Positions 18,350 to 27,062 of a stretch of DNA of 64,000 nucleotides are shown piece after piece (within the stretch, counting starts at the first letter, position 1; the number at the start of each line of letters is the position of its first letter). Origin of the DNA: an uncultured Chloroflexia bacterium. GTDB lineage: Bacteria > Chloroflexota > Limnocylindria > Limnocylindrales > CSP1-4. The notes beneath the pieces were generated by a model. It saw only the letters and a program-made list of their open reading frames with translations, did no database searches and was not told the origin of the DNA. Made by a program: the position numbers and the translations under genes. The stretch covers positions 58 through 64,057 of the forward strand of contig CAVZON010000002.1 of NCBI GenBank assembly GCA_963776925.1. Reading direction: 5' to 3'.

Positions 18350-19470
18350 ATGGACCTGACCCTCTTCCTGCCGGCCGCGACCGCCGTCCTTGCCCTCGGC
18401 TTCAGCCTCGCCCTGTTCGACCAGTGGTGGGAGCGCCGCGGGGGGTTCCAGCTCATCTGGGCCCTCGGGATGCTCTTCTACGGGGTCGCCGCCGGCGCGG
18501 AGGCCCTGGCCGAGGTCGGCGGCTGGAACGAGCCGCTGTACCGCGTGTGGTACCTGACCGGGGCCATCTGGACGGCCGGCTGGCTCGGTCTCGGGACGGC
18601 CTATCTCCTGGGTCGGACCCGGTTCGGGTACACCTTCGCCTTCTGCCTCGCGCTGGCCGGCGTGTTCACCCTGCTGACGCAGCGCCGCTACGACTACCCG
18701 GGCGCTGGGGCGGCCCCGTTCCTGTACCTCGTCGGGGCCGATCGTGCTCGCGCTGGCCATCGCCAGCGAGACGTACTTCCAGAACGAGCGCTGGCCGCGG
18801 ATCGCCGCGGGTGGCGTGGTCGGCGTGACGCTGCTGAGCGTCGTGCTCATGGCCACGACCGCCCTGCCGCCGCCCGGCTACGCGCTCGACCCGGCGACCG
18901 GCATCCCGGTCGGCGACCTGTTCCCGGGCACGATCCGCCTGCTCACGCCGTTCATGAACATCACCGGCGCGTTCGCGCTCATCCTCGGCGCCGTCTTCTC
19001 GACGTACGTGTTCATGCCCAAGAAGCGGGTGCTGCCGTACTCGCTCGACCCCAACCAGCCGGGTGACGAGTTCCTGTTCAACCTGCTCATCGCGCCGGTG
19101 GCGATCGCGGTCAACCTCGTCGCCTCGCTGCCGGGGACCCTGCGGGCCCTGGCGACCGGCACCATCCACTCGCGCGTGCCGGCGACGATCCTCATCGCGA
19201 TCGGGGCGTTCATCCCGACCATCACCGACAGCCTGAACCGGTTCGGGATCGACGGAGCTGTTCCAGCTCGGCAAGTTCCTCGGCGTGCTCTTCCTGTTCG
19301 CCGGGTTCCTCGTGTCGATCGACGTCTTCCGCGAGATCCGCGTGCCGTTCACGGGCATCCGGCTGGCGACGGGCCGACGCGAGTCAGCCGCTGGCCCAGG
19401 TCACGGCCGCGACCGCCGAGACCATCGACCCGCCGGTCGGCGGCGGGACACCGGGAGCAGAGGTCCGCTA
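18350..19470 (+). CDS. polytopic integral membrane protein, unknown family (2-3 frame breaks; 3' end uncertain)
   Basis: Hydrophobic helices continue across ORFs 18350-19066, 18744-19922 and 19285-20652 (…LIWALGMLFYGVAAGAEAL…, …ITGAFALILGAVFSTYVF…, …LFQLGKFLGVLFLFAGFLVSIDVF…). Confidence 0.55.
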
Positions 19471-19498
19471 GCCCACGACGACGCCCTACCATGGCGCG

Positions 19499-20536
19499 GT
19501 GTCCGGCTCGACCCAGCCCGCCGTCATCGCGCCATCCGCGTCGTCCGCTCCGACGTCCCCGGCGCTGGCCGGCGCCGCGCGTCCGCCCGCGATCGGCTTC
19601 CTCGTGGTCATCGGCGCAGCGGCGCTGTTCGGCATGCTCGGGCCGCTGTCGCGCTTCGCCTACGACCAGGGCATGCAGCCGGCGGCGTTCGTCGCCTGGC
19701 GCGCCGGGGTCGCGCTCGTCGTCCTGCTGGCCGTCGTCACCGTCCAGGTCGTCCGTGGGCAGGGGACGTGGCTGCGCTTCCGGGCGATGCCCCGACGCGC
19801 GCAGGTCACCCTGCTCGTCGCAGCGGTCACCGGCTTCACCCTCAACCTGTTCATGTTCTTCGCGTTCGACCGGATCAGCGTGGCGCTCGCGCTGCTCGGC
19901 TTCTACACCTACCCGGCGATGATCGCCGTCGTGAACGTGGCCCTCGGGCGCGAGCCGCTCGACCGGCCCCGGGTCGTCGCGCTGCTGCTCGCCCTGGCCG
20001 GGATGGCCGCCGTGGTCGCCTCCCAGCTCGATCCGGCGTCGGGCATCCGACTCGACGCGCTCGGGCTCGGCCTGGCCCTTGGCGCGGCCGTCAGCCAGAC
20101 CATCTACGTCACGGTCAGCCGCGACGGCTACCCGGACGTCCCGACCGAGCAGGCCATCACCATCGTGCTCGCGGTGACCCTGGTCGGGGCGACGATCATG
20201 GCCATCCTGGGTGGCAACGCGGCATCGCTGGCCTGGCCGGTCGAGCAGCCGTCCGTCCTGCCGCTCCTGCTGTTCACCGGCATCTTCGCGGCGGCGATCC
20301 CGTCGCTCGGGTTCCTGACGGGGATCCGGACCATCGGCGGCTTCCGCGCCGGCGTCCTGATGCTGTTCGAGCCGGTCGTCGGCGTCGCCCTCGCGGCGTG
20401 GCTGCTCGACGAGTCGCTCGTGCCGATCCAGATCCTCGGCGCCGTGGCGATCCTCGCCGCGGCGGTCATCCTGCAGCGTGCGTCGCGGACGATCGATCCG
20501 GACGACGCCGCCGTCGCGATCCCCGGCGGCCCGTAG
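19499..20536 (+). CDS. EamA/DMT family transporter
   Basis: Intact 345 aa with about 10 TM helices in two EamA-like halves (…FGMLGPLSRFAY…, …LMLFEPVVGVALAAWLL…). Confidence 0.85.
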   Translation: MSGSTQPAVIAPSASSAPTSPALAGAARPPAIGFLVVIGAAALFGMLGPLSRFAYDQGMQPAAFVAWRAGVALVVLLAVVTVQVVRGQGTWLRFRAMPRRAQVTLLVAAVTGFTLNLFMFFAFDRISVALALLGFYTYPAMIAVVNVALGREPLDRPRVVALLLALAGMAAVVASQLDPASGIRLDALGLGLALGAAVSQTIYVTVSRDGYPDVPTEQAITIVLAVTLVGATIMAILGGNAASLAWPVEQPSVLPLLLFTGIFAAAIPSLGFLTGIRTIGGFRAGVLMLFEPVVGVALAAWLLDESLVPIQILGAVAILAAAVILQRASRTIDPDDAAVAIPGGP

Positions 20537-20539
20537 CCG

Positions 20540-21235
20540 ATGGCCGCTCGCGCCGTTCCCATCCGCATCGTGATCGTCGACGACCACGCCATGGTCCGAC
20601 GGGGCATGCGCGACTTCCTCGACCTGCACGACGACCTCGATGTCGTCGGTGAGGCGTCCGACGGGCTGTCGGCGGTCGAGGTCGTGGCGACCGCGCAGCC
20701 GGACGTCGTGATCATGGACCTGCTGATGCCCGGTCTCGACGGGATCGAGGCGACCCGCCGGATCAAGGCCGCCCAGCCCGAGGTGGAGGTCGTGGCCCTG
20801 ACCTCGTTCATCGAGGAGGACCGCATCGTCGGCGCCATCGAGGCCGGCGCGGCCGGGTTCCTGCTCAAGGACGCCGAGGCGGACGACCTGGCCGCCGCGA
20901 TCCGGGCGGCCGCAGCCGGCGAGGTCCACCTCGATCCGGCCGTGGCCGGCATCGTCGCGCGCCGGCTGCGTGGTCGGGCCGCGGGTGGTAGCGGGCGGGC
21001 GGCCGACGGGTCCGCGGACGCTCCGGGCGACCGGCTCGCCCGCCTGACCCCACGCGAGCGGGACGTCCTCGCCGGCGTCGCGCGAGGTCTGTCCAACCAG
21101 GCCATCGCCGACGAGCTCGGGATCACCGAGCGGACGGCCCGGACCCACGTCTCGAACATCCTGGCCAAGCTGGGGCTGACCAGCCGGACGCAGGCCGCCC
21201 TGCTCGCCGCGGAGCACGGCCTGGGCGAGCGATGA
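20540..21235 (+). CDS. NarL/FixJ (LuxR-type) response regulator
   Basis: Intact 231 aa. Receiver (RIVIVDDH…VVIMDLLMPGLDG…LTSF) and LuxR HTH (LTPRERDVLAGVARGLSNQAIADELGITERTARTHVSNILAKLG). Confidence 0.9.
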   Translation: MAARAVPIRIVIVDDHAMVRRGMRDFLDLHDDLDVVGEASDGLSAVEVVATAQPDVVIMDLLMPGLDGIEATRRIKAAQPEVEVVALTSFIEEDRIVGAIEAGAAGFLLKDAEADDLAAAIRAAAAGEVHLDPAVAGIVARRLRGRAAGGSGRAADGSADAPGDRLARLTPRERDVLAGVARGLSNQAIADELGITERTARTHVSNILAKLGLTSRTQAALLAAEHGLGER

Positions 21236-22080
21236 CGGCCATGCGCCGACCATTCGTCGCCGACCCCGCGACGTTCGATGTCGCGGGACCGATCGGCGCC
21301 CCGGCCATCGTGTTCGTCCACGGCACGCGCCTGACCCGGGCGCTCTGGACCGCCCAGCTCGACGACCTGTCGGACACCTATCGGGTCGCCGCGCTCGACC
21401 TCCCCGGCCACGGCGTGCTCCGGGGCGAGCCGTTCGAGCTCGATGCGGCCGCCGACCAGGTCGCCGCGGTCATCCGGGCGACGGCCCCGGCCGACGACCC
21501 GCGGGCGGTCGTGGTCGGGCTGTCGCTCGGCGGCTACGTCGGGATGCATCTCGTCAGCCGCCAGCCGGAGCTCGTCCGTGGGCTCGTCCTGTCCGGGTCG
21601 ACGGCCGAGCCGGTGGCGTGGCGCGCGCTGCCGTATCGCGGCCTGGCCTGGGTCATGGAGCGGTTCGCCGGGGAACGGCTGGACCGGCTCAATCGCTGGT
21701 TCTTCCGGACCCGCTTCCCGGCGGCGACCGCCGAGCCGATCGTCGCCGGCGGGTTCTGGTACGCCGGCGGGGCGACGGCCCTGCGCTCGCTCGTGGGGCG
21801 CTCCTTCGTGCCGGCGCTGGCGGCCTACGACGGCCCGACGCTGTTCCTCAACGGGACGTGGGACCTGCCGTTCCGGCTGTCCGCGGCGACCTTCGCGCGG
21901 GCCGCCAGGCGACCGCGCCGGGTGCGTCTGGCCGGCGCCACGCACCTCGCCAACCTCGACCGGCCGCGCGCCTTCGATGTCGCGATCCGGCGCTTCATGG
22001 ACGCCCTCGAGCCGGCCCCCGATGGGGTCGGAGGGGGGTCCGATGGTAGACTGGCCCGGCCCCTGACACCACACCCCTGA
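21232..22080 (+). CDS. alpha/beta hydrolase
   Basis: Intact 282 aa. IVFVHG, nucleophile elbow VVGLSLGG, late His (…GATHLANLD). The start overlaps the regulator stop. Confidence 0.8.
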   Translation: MTAMRRPFVADPATFDVAGPIGAPAIVFVHGTRLTRALWTAQLDDLSDTYRVAALDLPGHGVLRGEPFELDAAADQVAAVIRATAPADDPRAVVVGLSLGGYVGMHLVSRQPELVRGLVLSGSTAEPVAWRALPYRGLAWVMERFAGERLDRLNRWFFRTRFPAATAEPIVAGGFWYAGGATALRSLVGRSFVPALAAYDGPTLFLNGTWDLPFRLSAATFARAARRPRRVRLAGATHLANLDRPRAFDVAIRRFMDALEPAPDGVGGGSDGRLARPLTPHP

Positions 22081-22086
22081 GGTTCC

Positions 22087-22965
22087 ATGCGCGTTCGCAA
22101 GGCCGTCTTCCCTGCCGCCGGCTGGGGGACCCGTTTCCTGCCCGCCACCAAGGCGATGCCCAAGGAGATGCTGCCGCTGGTGGACAAGCCGATCATCCAG
22201 TACGCCGTCGAAGAGGCGGTCGCTGCGGGCATCGAGCAGGTCATCATCGTCACGTCCAGCCAGAAGCGCGCGATCGAGGATCACTTCGACCTGTCCTACG
22301 AGCTCGAGCACCTGCTCGAGGAGAAGGGCGACATCGAGATGCTCCGGCAGGTGCGCCACATCAGCGACCTGGCCCAGGTGGCGTACGTCCGCCAGAAGGA
22401 GCAGCTCGGCCTCGGGCACGCGGTGCTCATGGCCAAGGACCTCATCGGCCACGAGCCGTTCGCGGTCATCCTCCCGGATGACGTGTGCGTCGGCGACCGA
22501 CCGGTGATCGGCCAGCTGATCCATGCCTACCAGCAGACCCACGGCTCGGTCGTCGCGGTCATGGAGGTCCCGGCGGAGGAGACGAGCCGCTACGGCGTCA
22601 TCGCCGCCGAGCCGACCGAGGACCCGCTCGATCACGGCCGGCTGCACCGGGTCACCGGGCTCGTCGAGAAGCCGGCCCCGGACAAGGCACCGTCCGACCT
22701 GGCCATCATCGGCCGCTACGTCCTGACCCCGAAGATCTTCGACAAGCTGGAGCAGACCCAGCGCGGCGCCGGCGGGGAGATCCAGCTCACCGATGCGATC
22801 CAGGCGCTGATGGAGGAGCAGCAGGTCTTCGCCTACGAATTCGAAGGCACGCGGTACGACGCGGGGACCACGCTCGGCTGGCTCCAGGCGTCGATCGAGC
22901 TGTCGCTCCAGCGCCCGGAGCTGGCGCCGGCGATGCGCGCCTACCTCAGCGGCCTGCAGCTCTGA
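22087..22965 (+). CDS. galU: UTP--glucose-1-phosphate uridylyltransferase
   Basis: Intact 292 aa. AAGWGTRFLPATKAMPKEMLPLVDKP, GLGHAV, GLVEKP, RYDAG. Confidence 0.92.
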   Translation: MRVRKAVFPAAGWGTRFLPATKAMPKEMLPLVDKPIIQYAVEEAVAAGIEQVIIVTSSQKRAIEDHFDLSYELEHLLEEKGDIEMLRQVRHISDLAQVAYVRQKEQLGLGHAVLMAKDLIGHEPFAVILPDDVCVGDRPVIGQLIHAYQQTHGSVVAVMEVPAEETSRYGVIAAEPTEDPLDHGRLHRVTGLVEKPAPDKAPSDLAIIGRYVLTPKIFDKLEQTQRGAGGEIQLTDAIQALMEEQQVFAYEFEGTRYDAGTTLGWLQASIELSLQRPELAPAMRAYLSGLQL

Positions 22966-23067
22966 ACCCGGTCGACACCCGGGCCGGTCGGGGGTGGTCC
23001 ATGCGGTACGATGCCGGCCGAGGCGGCGACGCGGAGACCGTGTCGCCCGCACCATTGAGGGAACCAC

Positions 23068-24737
23068 GTGGCTGACGTCGGGACGATCCTGGGTGGGCGC
23101 TACCGCGTCCTCGGCACGCTCGGGCAGGGCGGCATGGCGACGATCTACCACGCCATGGACACGCAGCTCGGGCGTGAGGTCGCGGTCAAGGTCCTGCGTC
23201 CGGAATACCTGCGCGACCCCGACTTCGGCTCGCGCTTCCGGCAGGAAGCCCAGAACGCCGCGTCGCTGAGCCACCCCAACGTCGTCACCGTCTACGACTA
23301 CGGCGAGGACCCATCCGGCCCGTACATCGTCATGGAGTACGTCGACGGCGAGGACCTGGCCACCATCCTGCGCAACAACGGCCCCCTCCCACCGACCCAG
23401 ACGGCCCGCATCGGGGCGGCCGTGGCGAAAGCCCTGGCCGCCGCGCATGCCCGCGGCATCGTCCACCGCGACGTGAAGCCGGGCAATGTGCTCATCGGTC
23501 GCGACGGACGGGTCAAGGTCGTCGACTTCGGCATCGCCCGGGCCATCGCCGAGGCCCAGATGACCCTGCCCGGGACGACCCTCGGCAGCGTGCACTACTT
23601 CAGTCCCGGAGCAGGCCCGCGGCGAGCCGACCACGGCCGCCTCCGACATCTACTCGCTCGGCATCGTCCTGTACGAGATGCTGACCGGCAAGCGGCCATG
23701 GGAAGGCGACAGCGCCGCGGCCGTCGCGCTGGCAAGGCTCAGCGGCCCGATCCCGGACCCGACCACGATCCGGCCCTCGACGCCGGCCGACATCGCCCTC
23801 GTCGTGCGCACGGCCCTCGCCCTGGACCCGGACGACCGCTACGCGACCGCGACGGCGCTGGCCGACGCGCTCGAGGCGACCCTGCCGCCCGGCTCGGCTG
23901 CCGCAGCCGCGGCCGGGGTGGCAGCGCTCGGGGCCGCCGCGGCCGGGGTCGCCAACGCCGAACCCGACCGTCGCCTACCCGCCCGACGCGTACGCCGGCG
24001 CCGCGGCGGTCGTCGATACCCCACCGCCACCGCCACCCGCGGTCGTCGAGGACGACCAGGGCACCAGCCCGATGGTCTGGGCGGCCGGGATCGCGGCGGT
24101 GCTGCTGCTCGGCGCGATCGCCTTCCTCGTCTTCCAGCTGCTGTCCGGCCCGGGCGAGCGGGAGCCGACCACCGTCGTCGTCCCGAACTTCGTCGGCCAG
24201 CTCATCGCCGACGCGACGCGTGAAGCGGATGGCCTGGAGATCACCCTGGTCCAGACGCCGGACGAGACCTCCGACCAGCCCACGGGCACGATCCTCAGCC
24301 AGGACACGCCGCCGGACACGGAGGTGCCGACCGGCTCCGAGGTCGCGGTCACCGTGGCCGCCGGGCTGACCCAGATCCCCGCGCCCGACCTGCGCAACAA
24401 GTCCGAGGCCCAGGCGGTCACCGAGCTCGTCTCTGTCGGCCTGCGGCCGGGGACCAAGACCGAGGCGTTCGACCCCACCGTGCCGGTCGGCCTGATCGTG
24501 TCGCAGAACCCGGCGCCGGGCGTGATCGTCGCCCGCGACGCGTCGATCGACTACGTCATCTCGCGTGGTCCCGAGCCGACCCCGACCCCGACGCCGACAC
24601 CCAGTCCGACGCCGGAGCCGACACCCAGTCCGACGCCGGAACCGACCCCGACCCCGACCGAAGAGCCGACCCCGACCCCGACCGAAGAGCCGACCCCGAC
24701 CCCGACCGAGGCACCCACGCCGACACCGGCCCCGTAG
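23068..24737 (+). CDS. Ser/Thr protein kinase with two PASTA-like domains and a Pro/Thr-rich C-terminal tail (two frame breaks)
   Basis: LGQGGMATIY, VAVKVL, HRDVKPGNVL, DFGIA, then SP-EQARGEPTTAASDIYSLGIVLYEMLTG after a frame bridge at ~23606. TM MVWAAGIAAVLLLGAIAFLVF. PASTA-like units VVVPNFVGQ… and QIPAPDLRNKSEAQA…. Tail EPTPTPTPTPSPTPEPTPSPTPEPTPTPTEEPTPTPTEEPTPTPTEAPTPTPAP*. Confidence 0.85.
24575..24734 (+). repeat. tandem 24-bp coding repeats (PT linker) at the 3' end of the kinase gene
   Basis: gagccgacacccagtccgacgccg x2 followed by gaagagccgaccccgaccccgacc x2, embedded in a longer ccg/acc-rich tract. Confidence 0.8.
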
Positions 24738-24762
24738 CGCGGGCGGTCGCCCGCGGCGCGGG

Positions 24763-25206
24763 TCAGGTCTCCAGGTCGGTCCAGAGCGACCAGCGCGGCT
24801 CCGTGGCAGCGGTCGTCGCCGGTGGCCGCGCTCCCTCGACATCGAACGTCGGTTCGGTCCCGGCATCCCGCGACGGCGTCACGATCGGGTCGTCGGAGCG
24901 GACCTCGACGAAGTCACGACGCGTGGCTGCGGGCGTCCCATCGCCGCGCAGCGCGCCGACCGGCACGAAGACCGGGACGGGCGAGGTGGTCGCGGCGGCG
25001 GCGCCGCCGGGTTCCCAGCACGCCCGGATCTCGTCGCCCTGGAGCGGGGTGCGACGCCGATCGAGCCCGCAGTAGCCGACCTGGGCGGCGACCGAGCGTC
25101 GGAAGTGCCGGCACGTCCCGCAGGCGGTCGAGGACCGTCGGCAGACCCAGCAGCGAGACGTCTCCGCCTGGGGCGTCCCACAGTGCGGACAGCGCCACAT
25201 CGGCAT
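24763..25206 (-). CDS. zinc-ribbon domain protein
   Basis: 147 aa from ATG 25206: MPMWRCPHCGTPQAETSRCWVCRRSSTACGTCRHF… (three CxxC pairs), then a low-complexity tail. Lies 45 nt downstream of the Ig-like protein gene on the same strand. Confidence 0.55.
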   Translation of the reverse strand: MPMWRCPHCGTPQAETSRCWVCRRSSTACGTCRHFRRSVAAQVGYCGLDRRRTPLQGDEIRACWEPGGAAAATTSPVPVFVPVGALRGDGTPAATRRDFVEVRSDDPIVTPSRDAGTEPTFDVEGARPPATTAATEPRWSLWTDLET

Positions 25207-25250
25207 GGCCGGATGGTAGCTGCGATCCTCGGGCGTGTCACGCCCGTCGG

Positions 25251-26450
25251 TCATTTCGTGATGGTGATCGGCGCTTCGTCCGAGGTCGAGCCGAATTCGC
25301 GGGTCCGGACGAGGACCGCGGCGTTCCCACCACCGCGGTCGGCCGAGTCGGGGATCGTCGCCTCCCACGATGCCTGGCCGTTCTTGTCGGTGGTCGCCTC
25401 GCCGGTCACGGTCTTGATGCCGGGAACGCTGAGGGTGAAGGTCACGTCCGCGCCCTCGAGCGGCTTGCCGTCGGGATCGTCGACGGTCGCGGTCAGGGTG
25501 ATGGTCGCCGGCAGCGAACCCTTCTTGAAGCGATAGGTGTCGGCGCTCAGTGAGGCGCGCAGCTCGCCCGATCCGCGGCTCACCGTCAGCGCCTGCTCGT
25601 TGACGTTGCCGGCCGGGTCGGTGGAGGTGATGACGATGTGGTTGGCGCCCGACGCGAGCGGCAGCCGCAGCGCGAACGCGCCGTCGGTGTCGGCCGCCCC
25701 GCCGATGGAGTCGCCGGTGTCCTCGTTGCGCGCCATGAGCGTCGAGCGAGCCTGGGTGCGGCCCTCCAGGTCGACCGCCTTGCGATTGACCGTCGCACCA
25801 TCCCGGACGGAGGCGAGCTTGATCGGCGGCTTGTTCTGGTCGAGGGCATACCGGACCAGTGGCGACTGCTCCGACTCGCCGCCGGGACCGACGAGCGTCA
25901 CCGTGAAGTCGTTGATGCCCGGTGTCAGCGCGACCGGGATGATCGTCTGCGGCGTCGCGGCCAGCGGGGACTCCTGGATCGGCGCGGGGGCCTGGTCCTC
26001 GAGGGCGAGGTAGACGCGGATCCGGTAGTCCGGATCGCCGACGACCGCATCCTCGACGGTCACCGTCAGGTCGACCGTGTCCAGGTTGGTGTACGGCTCG
26101 TTGGGCACGACGATCGACGGCGAGCGTGGCGCGACGACCGGCGTCGGCGACGGGACGGGCGTGGCGGTGACGCCCTCGATGAAGCCGGTGACGACGCCCC
26201 CGACCGAGGTCGCGACCGTGCCCAGCCCACGCGCGCCGACGTAGAGCACGCCGACGGCGACCGCGATGACGGCGAGGCCGAGCAGCAGCCGACCGACCAG
26301 GGGGATCCCCCGGCTGCGCTGGATCGGGGTGTGGACGGCCAGGCGTCCAGGGGCGGGCGCGCGCGTGCGGACCTTGGCGGGGACGGGCCGCCCGCTCGAC
26401 GGCTGTCGCGGTCGAACGTGGCTGGAGCGGGCGGATCGCCGGTCGGCCAT
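25251..26450 (-). CDS. membrane-anchored protein with tandem bacterial Ig-like (Big_1-like) domains
   Basis: Intact 399 aa from ATG 26450. Basic N-tail, TM LVGRLLLGLAVIAVAVGVLYV, beta-rich ectodomain. The last domain …LTATVDDPDGKPLEGADVTFTLSVPGIKTVTGEATTDKNGQASWEATIP… fits the invasin/intimin-type Ig pattern. Confidence 0.65.
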   Translation of the reverse strand: MADRRSARSSHVRPRQPSSGRPVPAKVRTRAPAPGRLAVHTPIQRSRGIPLVGRLLLGLAVIAVAVGVLYVGARGLGTVATSVGGVVTGFIEGVTATPVPSPTPVVAPRSPSIVVPNEPYTNLDTVDLTVTVEDAVVGDPDYRIRVYLALEDQAPAPIQESPLAATPQTIIPVALTPGINDFTVTLVGPGGESEQSPLVRYALDQNKPPIKLASVRDGATVNRKAVDLEGRTQARSTLMARNEDTGDSIGGAADTDGAFALRLPLASGANHIVITSTDPAGNVNEQALTVSRGSGELRASLSADTYRFKKGSLPATITLTATVDDPDGKPLEGADVTFTLSVPGIKTVTGEATTDKNGQASWEATIPDSADRGGGNAAVLVRTREFGSTSDEAPITITK

Positions 26451-26798
26451 TCGCGGCGGATTGTCGCACGAGCGACGCGCGGGCACCGTGGGCGCGTCAC
26501 ATCCGGTCGACGGGCCTCGCCCGGTGCGTGGACGACGCGTGTCGGAGGCGAGTGGTGCGTAGTACTCTGCGGCGGTAGGGCGCGCGCACCCTGGCCGCGC
26601 GCTGTCGAAGAGGGATGGATGCAGGCCCGCGATCCCCGTTCCGGACGCACCTCGGGTGCCCATGGCGGGTCGACCGGCGGATCGTCCGGTCGCGCCACCG
26701 GGCCGTCGCATGGTCGCCCAGCCTTCGGCCTCGGACCCATCGCCCGGGTCACCCCGTCCCCGCTCGCGTCCCGCGCGCCCGAATCGACGCTCCCGCCC

Positions 26799-27062
26799 AT
26801 GCCGATGGGGCCGCGCGCGGGCTTCGGCCTGCCCAACCTGCGGCGCAACGTCTGCCCGCACTTCTACATGACCGGCGCGCGCGGCGCGATCCCCATCCAG
26901 GCCCCGCACCTGCTCAAGGCGCTCATCCGCCAGGACGCCAACGTGTCGCGCTGCCAGCTGCGCGGCGGGGTCCACCTCGACCAGGGCTACGTCAACGACG
27001 TGTGCCTCACGCCGCGGTTCAACCAGTGCGTCTTCTACGAGGACGAGCTGTCCCGCGAGTGA
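26799..27062 (+). CDS. small conserved-looking Cys-containing protein, translationally coupled to folC (possible longer form from ATG 26619)
   Basis: MPMGPRAGFGLPNLRRNVCPHFYMTGARGAIPIQAPHLLKALIRQDANVSRCQLRGGVHLDQGYVNDVCLTPRFNQCVFYEDELSRE*. Stop TGA 27060-27062 overlaps the folC GTG at 27059. No family recognised. Confidence 0.4.
   Translation: MPMGPRAGFGLPNLRRNVCPHFYMTGARGAIPIQAPHLLKALIRQDANVSRCQLRGGVHLDQGYVNDVCLTPRFNQCVFYEDELSRE

Noticed and set aside
17815-19470. tRNA-Glu as attachment site of a genomic island or prophage remnant.
   Set aside because: There is no integrase, recombinase or phage-like ORF on either side. I noticed no duplicated copy of the tRNA 3' end, and there is no visible drop in GC content.
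20128-23649. Longest ORF in the track (1173 aa, minus strand).
   Set aside because: It runs antisense to four well-supported plus-strand genes (response regulator, alpha/beta hydrolase, galU, kinase). The product is Arg/Gly/Pro/Ala-rich low complexity with no motifs. This is a typical stop-codon-poor shadow ORF of a high-GC genome.
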